NCBI RefSeq assembly: GCF_963921235.1
Contig: NC_086118.1
Coordinates: forward strand, 24,926,001-24,990,000
DNA from: Mobula hypostoma
Lineage: Eukaryota
Length of the DNA stretch: 64,000 bases
Direction: 5' to 3'
A model generated the notes under the pieces. The model was not told the DNA's origin, did not search any database, and saw only the letters and a list, made by a program, of their open reading frames with translations. A program made the translations under genes and the position numbers. Below are positions 25,791 to 36,610 of the stretch, piece by piece (within the stretch, counting starts at the first letter, position 1; each line of letters starts with the position of its first letter).

Positions 25791-27164
25791 GAAGTATTGC
25801 TAGTGCAATGTTCAGCTGAGAGGGACGTTGCATGGTAATGGGCCAGGACAGTCTCCTGCAACCATGGAGACAGGTGAAACCGCAGTTCATAGTGACACAT
25901 GGAGCTTATGCACTTAGGGTTTATACCTAACCTGATACAGCCAAACAGAAGGTGGTCATCGGGATGAGGGCAATGTTGGTTACACTATGTGTAGTGACCC
26001 TCAGGCTCACTCCATTTTGGATCTTCTGCATGTACTCTTGTCATTGATTTCCCCATCGATTGATTTACAAGGATAAAAAATAAATTGCTGCCTTACGATT
26101 TTCTGGACTGTGTTAAAACAGGCTAAATATCTCATCGTAGTGAGGATAAGGAGATCTCTAGGCTGTGAAACCCAGAGCAGGCTAGACGATGATAGATCAC
26201 CTGGAAACCAAAGAGAGGCAATGGTTTTAATTCCATACTCATGTCTCCTTCCTGTTCAAGTCTGATTTCAGCATTAAAAAATTACCTATAGCCAGTTGCA
26301 TCTGAGGAAAAATAGCAAGATTTAGACTGATATTTTTTCTGTCTGGATATAATATCTTTACTCGTAAACAGGGTATGCAGGAAAATGGTATGTATAGTGA
26401 ATTGTGCTGAGACTCTATCAGGGAATAACAATTCTGCAGCAACACAGCACTACCATGAATTCACATTCAAATAATGCACATGCTACATTTTCTACATTTG
26501 ACAAGGGAAAATTAGAACTCTCTTCACGTCTAAATTGTGACATTTATTCATCAGCACTAAATTTAACAGTTCTCTCAGCCTGACCACTGAATTACTTTTA
26601 TATGCATGTATCTGTCTTATTTTCATTCTTTTTACCACAAGATTACCCCAGCAAACTGCTCTCACAAAGATCACCTAACTCCCTCGGAGTGTTGTGAATT
26701 GCTGTCTGTCCCTCATTCAACATGTTCAACAGTCTGCGAGATGAACAAACTGAAAAAAAATTATTATGCCTTTGCCCACCATTTGGAGTGGTTAACATTT
26801 CCAAATTGACCAATGTATTGGAACTTTGCTTGTCATTGGAGAGATGGTTTATCTTAAATGTTCCACTCATTTCAATTTTACAAGACTCCGATTCACTTAG
26901 TGTTCAGGGTCCTAGGTAAAGGAAATTCCTTTGGTATGTATGCTCAATAGGCACGAATGATGTGTAACACAGCTTTGCATACAGTGCTTTCAAGGCAATA
27001 ATTGAAAGGAAAATTGCATGTGCACCTCCAGGGGGGAAAAAGCTGACATTACAGACTTCACCATCTTCTGGTCTCTCAGGCTGTGTTGTTATGGGGGTGG
27101 AGGGTTGGGGGGGGGGGTGCTGGAAATCTGATAGCCTGCCAGGCTATACCTTTGGAAAGAGAAA

Positions 27165-27635
27165 GAGACCACAGGAGTGACCCTGTCCTTCAGACAACCT
27201 GCAACTTTAATTCACCATCCTACTCCCTACCTAAGCTTTCTGCCTGTAGTCTACTGTCCTGCCTAACACAAGCTTCAGGAACAATGCCTCATCTTCCCTT
27301 TGAGCTAATTGCTGCCTACAGGTCTTAAATCTTAGCTAGCTCTTTTCATCTGTAAGAGAACTGGCTATTTTTGCCTGCCACCCTGTTTTCTTGAGTAGAT
27401 CGTATCATGTTAATAACACAATATACATACAAAAACCTCAATTTGATTTTAACTGCCACATTATTTCATCCCATCTGAGAAATACCCTTTGTTCCACTGA
27501 TCACCATCCCTCACTTTCTCCATTACCTTTTCAGAGTTTACCTCTCAGTCAGAATGAAAGGTCCTGAAAGATTAACTGTTTCTCTTTCCACAGAAGCTTT
27601 CTGATCTGTTGACTTTCTTCAGTGTTTTCTGTTTG
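27165..27635 (+). mobile_element. Highly degenerate Penelope-like fragment
   Basis: caactttaattcaccatcctactccc...caggaacaatgcctcatcttc (HFNS...EQHLIF-like) and a decayed terminus at 27545-27635. Confidence 0.5.
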
Positions 27636-28929
27636 TCTACTTTTGTCTAACTTCATTTCCTCCAACCAACAGATGTCTTGTTAGAGGCATTACAGTTTAC
27701 CGATGGAAAATCCAATTGTGTCCTCTAATCCCTTCAATCAGTTGTAGCAATTCTGTTCATAATCATGTTTCATCTTCCATACTTGCTTGTCTGTCAATAA
27801 ATACCAGGTCATGTTTGGAAAGATAACAATGACTATATCAAGTCAGCTAAAAAGAAAAGCTTTAAGTGAGGATAAGTTTGTTAAATATTTAATTCATTTG
27901 ATAAACAATGAAAGCTATCTTTTTTGTCTTTTTATATAAATTATAATCCTGATCATTTCATTCAAGTATTCTTTTCTGCGTAAAATGATTCACTCTTTCC
28001 TGCCATTGTCATATTCAGTATGGGAGCTCTGTACATTTCATAGCTTTGATGAAGTCACAGCTTATAACAAGATAATTGAGATTTTATCAACAAATACTGT
28101 TTTGTATTAAATTCCAGTTAATGTGATGACCAACACAGATAATTTTGCTCATCATAATAAAACAGAAAATGCTCAGTAGGTCTGGCAGATTTGTGGAAAG
28201 GGGACAGAGTTATTAGTTCAGGTCAAAGATTCTCTGTCAGAGGAGTGAAAAAGAAGATACCAGTCAGGAGTACTACGTTGCAGAAAGAGTGGGGGATTTC
28301 TGTGTTACTGAAGATTCCCAGCATCTGCAAAATCTCCTGTGTGTGTGATTTCTGAAAGGGTGATGGCAGGGTTACCATGGGGATAAGGTTGATAGATTAA
28401 TAGGTATAGTTTGGAAAAGATAAAATGAAAAAACAACAATGAAATGAAGACAGACAGGATACAAAGTGTATAAGTTGTGAAATGAAGGTCAGGCCAAACT
28501 AAGAGAGGGAGAGTGAATTTGAGCGAATATTGCATGTAGATGATTTACGGCAGTGATGACCAATTCTGATAGAGAAAGTGTTTTTACCTATAGTTATAGA
28601 AAACGTTGAGACCAGCAGACATATCCAGGTGGAAATGAAGTGCTAATCCCCAAGTTTACTCTGGACCACATTATCACATTGGCGGAGGCCACAAACAAAA
28701 CAGAGAAAGAATGGGGTAAAGGATTAAAGTGGCAGGCAACAGAGATCTCCGAGTTGCTCATTCAGTCATCCCATTTTTGTTTGTCCAATGCATTGCTCAC
28801 ACAATGAGTATTGCACTAGATGATAGATGAGCATGTGAGTCACTGCTTTACTTATACTCTTGAATGAAGGGAAGAGGTAAAAGAGCAGGTTTTGTATTGC
28901 CTGTGGTTGTATGGGAAAGTACCAGGAGA

Positions 28930-29370
28930 AGGGCCTGTACTCACTGAAATTTAGAAGAAAATTTAGAAGAATGTGGGGGGATTTCAATGAAACCTACCGA
29001 ATGTTGAAAGGACTAGATAGGGTGGATGTGTAGAGGATGTTTCCTATGGTGGGGGTATCCAGAACTGGAGGGCTCAGCCTCATAATTGAGGGACAACCTT
29101 TTAGAACAGAAGTAAGGAAGCATTTTATTTTAGCTAGAGAGTAGTGAATCTGTGAAAGGCTTTGCCACAGACTGTTGTAGAGGCCAACCAAGTTCATGCA
29201 TATATTTAAGGCAGAAGTTAACCGTTTCCTGATCAGTCAGGGTATCAAATGATATGGTGAGAAGACAGGTGCATGGGGTTGACTGGGATCCAGGATCAGC
29301 CATGATGGAATGGCAGAGCAGACTCAATGGGCTGAATGGCCTAATTCGTCTCCTATGTCTTGTGGTCTAA
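28930..29370 (+). mobile_element. CR1 3' end
   Basis: GLYSLKFRR...ETYRMLKGLDRVDV; tail gcagactcaatgggctgaatggcctaattc. Confidence 0.85.
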
Positions 29371-29429
29371 GAGGAATGGCCAATGGGAAAGGAAAAGTAT
29401 AACCAAGGATTTATGAAAAGAGTAGGCTA

Positions 29430-29645
29430 TTTGCTTATTCAGAGGTTGTTGAATCTGTAGAATTCATTGTTAGAGTTGGCTGTGGAGGCCAAGTCATTGA
29501 GTATATTTAAAGTCAAGTTTGACAGGTTCTTGATTAGTACGGGTGTCAAAGGATACAGGGAGAATGTAGGAGCATGGGGTTGAGAGGGATAATAAATCAG
29601 CCATGATCAAATGATGAAGCAGACTCAATGGGCTGAATGGCCTGT
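29430..29645 (+). mobile_element. CR1 3' end (short, second copy)
   Basis: ttcagaggttgttgaatctg...agactcaatgggctgaatggcctg. Confidence 0.75.
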
Positions 29646-30594
29646 GATAGTTACTCACTGTCCTGGGCTGGAGTATCTAGCTTTTTTGCCGGGATAGCTT
29701 TCTAAATATTAGCAGCGGACACATCTAAAAATCAAAGTTTTGTTTTGGAATGAGTTAACCTTCCAACTGATATTCTTTGTTCAGTATCTGATCATAAATG
29801 GGAGCCAGTATTCAGTTCATAATGTAAATGGCAAGCAGAAATCAGTTGAAGTTAAAAACACAGCTTTGCAAACAAACATTGTCTGTAGTGCCACAGACAT
29901 GTTGGCTCCACAGCACCTGGTCTAACTACTCAAGAGATGCAGTGCAATGGATTATTTAATTTGGCTGTTTCAAACTGGGCAATGCTGGTTAAGTTTGATA
30001 AGTACAAGGAAGCTTGCAGACCAGAAGGATAATATCAATAGCTGATCTGTTAATAGTTGGACTATTTGTATACTCAAAGAGTCATCTTCTCAGCATTAAT
30101 TATGGGTACCTGGGAACTATGTCTCCAGAAGCTTTTAGGTCATTTATATCAAAAAGGCATCCAAGAAAATATCACCTGTGTGAAGTCACCCAAGTGGCAA
30201 AAAAGCAGTATAAATGTAGACAGCAGGTTAGGAATGGTCCAGGAACATTAAGAAGAATGACAGAACCACATGATGGATTAGAATCCGTTCCTGTGCTTTG
30301 ATTTCTGCGACAGACAACTGGTTCATCTGTGCCTGTGGGTATGTCTTTTTAACTTCGAGGAATTGTACCTGGGTTTTGGAAATCCGTTGTGTTTTAGAAA
30401 TAGTTTGTAATTTTGAAATCTTTCATAAGACAGAAATCTTCTGCGAGTTTTGAATGTGTTTAAATTTAAATGCATATCACTGAAAATAAATGAACTATAT
30501 CTGAGCTACTTTGTCAGCTGGGTTTATGCCCTCCTGGGTAGGGAGAGGAAATCCTTTGCTCAAATAATGTATTGGCAGCTGTACCACAGAGACC

Positions 30595-31000
30595 ATTCCC
30601 AATGATTGCATCCCCGTCTGGTATGCCCGGGGCCACTACACAGGATCCGAAAATGCTGCAGAAAGTTGTAAACTCAGACACAGCTCCATCATGGGCACAA
30701 CATCGAGGACACTTTCAGAAGGCGATGGTTCAAAAAGACATTACCCAGGACATGACCTCTTCTCATTATCGCCATCTAGGAGAAGATACAGGAGCCTGAA
30801 GCCACATACTCACTGTTTCAGGGACAGCTTCTTCCCCTCCAGCATCAGATATCTGAATGGAAAATGAACCCATGAACACTGCCACAGCATTTTGTCTCTT
30901 CCCCACTCTTTTTGCGCTACTTATTTCCTTGAATTATATATATATAGTAATTTATAGTTATTATTATGAATCGCAAAACAACAAATTTCACAACATATGA
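30595..31000 (+). mobile_element. Rex1/Babar-like LINE 3' fragment
   Basis: CIPVWY...LQKVVNS...RRYRSLKPHTHCFRDSFFPSSIR motifs. Confidence 0.7.
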
Positions 31001-31196
31001 CAGAAGGCAGAAGCTCTGGGGTGGAAAGTGACACTGGGGAACTTTGAACTTATTCACTCCAGGAGGAGGCCATGTGAGAGCAGAGGCTAAATAAGACTTT
31101 TAAGACATAGCAGGTGATTTAGGTACTGCTATATTCTCACAATTTTATATTTGGCCAGAAAATAGTTTTGATCTAAATTTGACGATGAAAATTCTA

Positions 31197-31814
31197 GCAA
31201 CACACATCAAAGTTGCTGGTGAACGCAGCAGGCCAGGCAGCATCTCTAGGAAGAGGTACAGTGGACGTTTCAGGCCGAGACCCTTCGTCAGGACTAACTG
31301 AAGGAAGAGCTAGTAAGAGATTTGAAAGTGGGAGTGGGAGGGGGAGATCCAAAATGATAGGAGAAGACAGGAGGGGGAGGGATGGAGCCAAGAGCTGGTG
31401 ATTGGCAAAGGGGATACGAGAGGATCATAGGACAGGAGGTCCGGGAAGAAAGACAAGGGGGGGGGGCCAGAGGATGGGCAAGCAGTATAGTCAGAGGGAC
31501 AGAGGGAGAAAAAGGAGAGTGAGAGAAAGAATGTGTGTATAAAAATAAATAACAGATGGGGTACGAGGGGGAGGTGGGGCATTAGCGGAAGTTAGAGAAG
31601 TCGATGTTCATGCCATCAGGTTGGAGGCTACCCAGGCGGAATATAAGGTGTTGTTCCTCCAACCTGAGTGTGGCTTCATCTTTACAGTAGAGGAGGCCGT
31701 GGATAGACATGTCAGAATGGGAATGGGATGTGGAATTAAAATGTGTGGCCACTGGGAGATCCTGCTTTCTCTGGCGGACAGAGCGTAGGTGTTCAGCAAA
31801 GCGGTCTCCCAGTC
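31197..31814 (-). mobile_element. Young 5'-truncated Penelope-like element with 11-bp TSD
   Basis: Uninterrupted minus frame 31815-31582: RLGDRFAEHLRSVRQRKQDLPVATHFNSTSHSHSDMSIHGLLYCKDEATLRLEEQHLIFRLGSLQPDGMNIDFSNFR* (GIY-YIG C-terminus); TSD TGAAAATTCTA at 31186-31196 and 31815-31825. Confidence 0.9.
31259..31295 (-). ncRNA. Minimal type I hammerhead ribozyme motif in Penelope pLTR
   Basis: Minus strand AGTC-CTGACGA-AGG-GTCTCGG-CCT-GAAA-CGTC-CACTG: canonical CUGANGA/GAAA core, palindromic ACGU minimal stem III; first stem I pair mismatched. Confidence 0.7.
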
Positions 31815-32029
31815 TGAAAATTCTATACTCTTTTTTTTAAATCTCTCTCTCATTGGTCGTCTTCTCTTATTTGTGCATGAGATTTAGGCATTGTTACTCA
31901 ATGTACAAGGAGTGATGGTTGAATCTCAATTGCATGACTTTGGGTCCTACATCTCCTGCAAGTTTGATCAGATAATGACGGCTGATTCCCCTCACTGAAG
32001 ATCAGTAGTGTCCTTCAAGGTATGTGTCA

Positions 32030-32390
32030 GTGATGTAGGCCCATATCTGGAGCACTCTGTACAATTTTGATCTCTTTGTTTAAGAAAGTAGTTCAAAGGT
32101 TAATTAGACTGCTACCTGGAGCATGCAAGATGGCTTATGAAGAAAGAATGGACAGGCTAGGGTTTTATTCACTGAAGTTTAGAAAAGTGAGGGTTTTGAC
32201 AGGATGCAGAATGAGTATATTCTCTTGTTGATGAATCTAGGTTTAGGGGTCCATTGTTCAAGGTAGGAAGTCACCCATTTAAGACAATCGTTGAGACAAT
32301 AAATAAAAGATTCATAAGGACAAACTTGAAACTTCTTCGCAAAGAGAGGTGGAAGCAGAGGCTTTGAGTATTGTGAAGGCTTCGTTAGAT
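32030..32390 (+). mobile_element. Degenerate CR1 3' fragment
   Basis: RPISGALCTI / YEERMDRLGFYSLKFRK-like motifs. Confidence 0.6.
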
Positions 32391-32608
32391 AATGAATACA
32401 TATGATAATTGCCAGTCACTCACATAATCAATCTTTCAAAGGATGCACAATATTTGTTCACAGGTTTGAAGATGGGTTTTTGAGCATGGACTACTTCTAC
32501 ACAGGTTCGCGGATGTACAGTATATATTGTTCCACCAAAGTAATGTATCAGTTTAAAAAAAAACTAATGGAGTGATATGGTACACAATAACCCAACATCT
32601 TAGATTTC

Positions 32609-32829
32609 TTGCAACACACATCAAAGTTGCTGGTGAACGCAGCAGGCCAGGCAGCATCTCTAGGAAGAGGTACAGTGGACGTTTCAGGCCGAGACCCTGC
32701 CAAAGGGTCTCGGCCTGAAATGTCGACTGTACCTCTTCCTAGAGATGCTGCCTGGCCTGCTGCGTTCACCAGCAACTTTGATGTGTGTTGCTTGAATTTC
32801 CAGCATCTGCAGAATTCCTGTTGTTTGCG
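32609..32829. mobile_element. Fold-back (inverted) Penelope pLTR insertion with 12-bp TSD
   Basis: Arms 32611-32698 and 32704-32791 (88 bp, 2 mismatches), 5-nt spacer; TSD ATCTTAGATTTC at 32597-32608 and 32830-32841. Confidence 0.9.
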
Positions 32830-34024
32830 ATCTTAGATTTCATGCTTGTATTGTTTATACATTAATGACTTCCCCAGAAAATTTAACCAGACAAAAAATT
32901 ATGTGAGCAATTGCAGTCATGATCCACAGTTACATTCTTTGCAAGAACACTGCTTACTTGAGGGATTATTTGTGATTTCTGTGGGAGGTAAGAGATGTTT
33001 ATGCTCTGGCTCTTCACTGCAGACGGGTAAGAATTTGGATTGTTGTCTGAATGTTATTTTTAATCCTGTTTTTTTTTTTTGCTTCCCAGTGGGGAGCAGA
33101 GTTCGCAATGCAGAATGTTGCTTCTTGGCTTCACTTTTCCATGGCAGACTGAAAAAAAATTTCTTTCGGAACTTGTGCTATGTCATTTCCAGGAGTTGTC
33201 TACTAGATAACCTATTGAATAATATAATTTGGTCACCTTTTGGTTGATATATTTTTAATAGGGGCCTGGATAACTGCTTCTTTGAAAGTTCTGTAAAATA
33301 TATTTAGCATGTTTTTTTTCTGCCTGATCTTTGTGAATGGTTTTGAGGAATGAATCTTGATGCACCCGCAGACAACCGCAGTTATCTTGCTATGTAAATC
33401 ATGCAAATAACAGTTATACTAATAAAATTGTACTGTGCATGTTAAAACAATCTAAAGTAAATTTATAAGAACACTGCTGCATAAGAATAAGCAGATATAT
33501 TGAGAATAGAAGAAAGTCATCATTTTAATTGTTTGTACAATATGGAAGATGTGATTGTTGTAGAAAGTTATCAGTGGCAAGTATTAAAACTGTAATATGA
33601 TTGCTTGACAAACAAGCAGGTAATATTTGTTTATCCAGGTTGGATAAATCTTCTTCACCGAATAACTCCAAAAACCTATTCATGCATTTTTTTTGTAATT
33701 TAAATTAATAGCTTGAGATTTAAATTATTAGCACTTGCACAGAAACATTGTTCTAATGATATTAGCAATTCTTTGAAAAATTGTAAAGTAGGAACTGAAA
33801 TCATTGTTTTGACACCAGGGATTGAAAGAACCTCACCCCTTTGATTTGATGTTGAGAAGTATTCATAGTCCTTATCTGGGTGACGTTTTCATTGGTGCAG
33901 AACACCTGATGGAGGCTTGGAGTCAAAACCATTGTCAAGAACATTGTACTGGCTGTATTGCAGGAGATGTAGTAAGTGGGCTTTTAACTGAAGTGTCATG
34001 GGAGAAAATGGAACACTGGGAACA

Positions 34025-34555
34025 GCGGATCAGCTGTCAGAGACTCAGTACTCGGCAAATCGCACTCTCTCTCGTTGGTGGAGGAGAGTTTGTTGCCAAT
34101 TCTCTGGTTGGAGAACTTAGCGGAGATAAGCAGCAACAGACTATTAACAATATGAATCAGTGAGTTATTTTGTTATGTCTCCCTTCTCACTGTGAATTCG
34201 GACCACCTCTTTTTCCCTTATTAGGGAGAGAGAGAGCCTGTGGTACGTCGAATTACTGGGTGAATGACTTGTTTTTGTTGTACTGCAGATCATGGTCTTT
34301 ATTATGGGCTCTGCTGTTGCATGCTTGTTGTGTGGAGGGTGCTGATGCTTTTTCGCGAAAGCGGGAGGGGGCAGGGGATGGTCGTTGCTTTGCTGCTGCT
34401 TGTGCGTAGGAGGGCGAGCAGGGGGAGCTTTGGGGTTCCAACATTTTAACTTATCCTTTGGGGCACTCTACTGATATTCTGGATGCCTGTGAAGAACAAG
34501 AATTTCAGGATTTATATTGCATACAGTTTTGTTATTAAATGGAAATATTGAACTA
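34025..34555 (+). mobile_element. Unclassified non-coding repeat with LINE-like tail
   Basis: GC-richer block ending aagaatttcaggatttatattgcatac...attaaatggaaatattgaact, reminiscent of the Rex-like tails elsewhere in the window; family not established. Confidence 0.4.
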
Positions 34556-34669
34556 ATTAGAAATATTTAACATTCCTATTTGTGGTAGTGTGATGAAGGT
34601 AAACTTGTAACTAGTTGTGGAGATGTAGTTGAAAGTAGAGTAGAGCTACTAGGACTTGATGTTTCAATC

Positions 34670-35220
34670 CCTATGGTAAGTCGGCACTCTCGATGTTGGC
34701 AGTGGGCTTGGAGTGGTGACAAGGAGGGAGGGTAGGTACATCGTCGGGGTCATCAGATGGGCACCCTCTTTCTTTGACGTTTCGTTGATAAGCCCACGAC
34801 GTCTCCAGAGGGCTCAATGGTGCTACCTGGCATCCCAGATACACCCCCTCAGTTCCATACCCTCCTGTCTTCATCTTACAGCCCAGTTGTTGTCTTTCCT
34901 TTTAATCCAAATCCAATTGCTGCTTTCCTCTGCTGCATTTGACAAGGACTTGATTGCTTGTTGAAGGGAGTGACCCCTCACCCCCATCTTCTTTAATAGA
35001 CTGGTCATAGATGTAGCAACAATCCCCTGAATCCCACTTCTACAGGGAAAATTTTGGTCTTCCAGCCATTCTGGGCAGCTTCAGTTGCCAGTTCAGAGTA
35101 CTTGGTCTTTTTCCTCTCATAAGCTTCTTGAACACCATCTTCCCATGGTGCTGTCAATTCCACAACATATGCCAGCTTGGCTGTTGTGGACCACAGGACC
35201 ATGTCTGGTCAGAGTGTTGT
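34670..35220 (-). mobile_element. Non-LTR retrotransposon 3' end with restriction-like endonuclease (HERO-like)
   Basis: TTL*PDMVLWSTTAKLAYVVELTAPWEDGVQEAYERKKTKYSELA...GWKTKIFPVEVGFRG, then after a frameshift AIKSLSNAAEESSNWIWIKR; PD-(D/E) RLE motif set. Confidence 0.85.
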
Positions 35221-35669
35221 AGCTCTCAAGCACTCTTTGTGTAAAATGTCCAGTGTGGTGTAAACACAGGATGTCACCACTAACCCTAAAATTGGAGAAT
35301 CCCAAGTATAATTTAACACACATCTGCAAAATCTCCCAGTAATCTGGAGACATAAGGTGCTGGAATCTGGAGCAGCAAGCAAGATGCTGGGTCAGTTCAG
35401 GAGACTGAGCAGCATCGGATGGGGGTGGGGTGGTGTTGGTGGGTAAGGAATCGTCAGTGCTTTGAGTCAAAACCCTGTCTCATGACACATACTCCTCTTT
35501 ACCACTTCTCCCCCCCAAAGGATGCTGCTCAACCCATTCACTTCTTCTCGCACATTGTCAAAGATATATCCATGCTTTATATTTATATATCATGTACTAC
35601 TTTTTGAAGAATTCATTAATGTGTATTGGGTTCACATGAATTAGAAGGATTTGTTTGATGACATCACGC

Positions 35670-36165
35670 ATATACAAGAACATAAGAAAATGTGAGAAGG
35701 CCATCAGGTCCTTTGGTTCTGACTGATCATTTAATGTCATCATGCCTATGTTATGCTGGCCTCAACTCCTCATCTATACCATTTCTCCATACCCCTCTAT
35801 TCAATCTGTCAAATAGTTATCTAACTTCACTTTAAATACTTCTTGTGACTCACCTTCTATCACTTGCATGGGCAGAGAATTCCAAAGGCTCACCACCATG
35901 CCCCTTACAATGTTGTATGTTTGAATGTGGTCACCTCTCATTCACCTGAACCCCAAGGAATTTAGTCTGTCTTGGTAGCACAATATTCTCATGTCAGGGA
36001 TTAGCCTTGTGTATCTTATTTGTGCAGTCACCAATGTTACTATATCCATTTTTAAGTGGGGAGACCACAACTTTATGCATTGTCCCAGGTGAGGTCTCAC
36101 CATTATCCAGTGCAAATTGCAATATAACCTCATCTTTAAGCTCCAACCCCTTTGCAATAAAAGTC
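35670..36165 (-). mobile_element. CR1 3' fragment
   Basis: VRPHLGQCIKLWSPHLKMDI...YTRLIPDMRILCYQDRLNSLG. Confidence 0.8.
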
Positions 36166-36394
36166 AAAATACTCAATGAGAATGCAGTGAAAACACATTT
36201 CAGATCTGTGAGATTCAATGTCGTGAAGTAAATGGAATACAATTATATAGTGTCAGATGTTAAATTAGTTACAGATATTATGTGTTCTGTAATCAGCAGC
36301 GCTCTACAAAATAACCAGTGACTCAGAGGTAACAAAATACCATCGATGTATACACATCCTGTGGGCAAATGGAGAGTTCATTTTGGCCATAGAC

Positions 36395-36610
36395 TGATAA
36401 ACTATTAGTCACATCAGGGTGTTAACTAGAGAAACTCCTCTGTTGTGTTTGAAATAATACCAGATTTTTACTTCTGAGAGGCCCCAATTTTAATATCTAT
36501 TTTGAAAATATAGAAATCCTTTTAGCACAGTGTCTTTTGAGTGTTGTTTAGGCTCTGCCATATAATGACCTATCTTCATGCGTGGCCTTGCTAATTGAAC
36601 CTATTCTTCA
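36395..36610 (-). mobile_element. Degenerate DeuSINE fragment
   Basis: gagaaactcctctgttgtgtttgaaataatacc...ctgagaggccccaattttaatatc resembles the reverse complement of the Deu domain. Confidence 0.4.

Noticed and set aside
30014..30301. Two overlapping open frames with possible splice sites
   Set aside because: Weak acceptor, peptides not recognised, consistent with chance
32548..32836. Two near-identical 75-aa ORFs on opposite strands
   Set aside because: Artefact of the palindrome; same non-coding pLTR translation as 31194-31401
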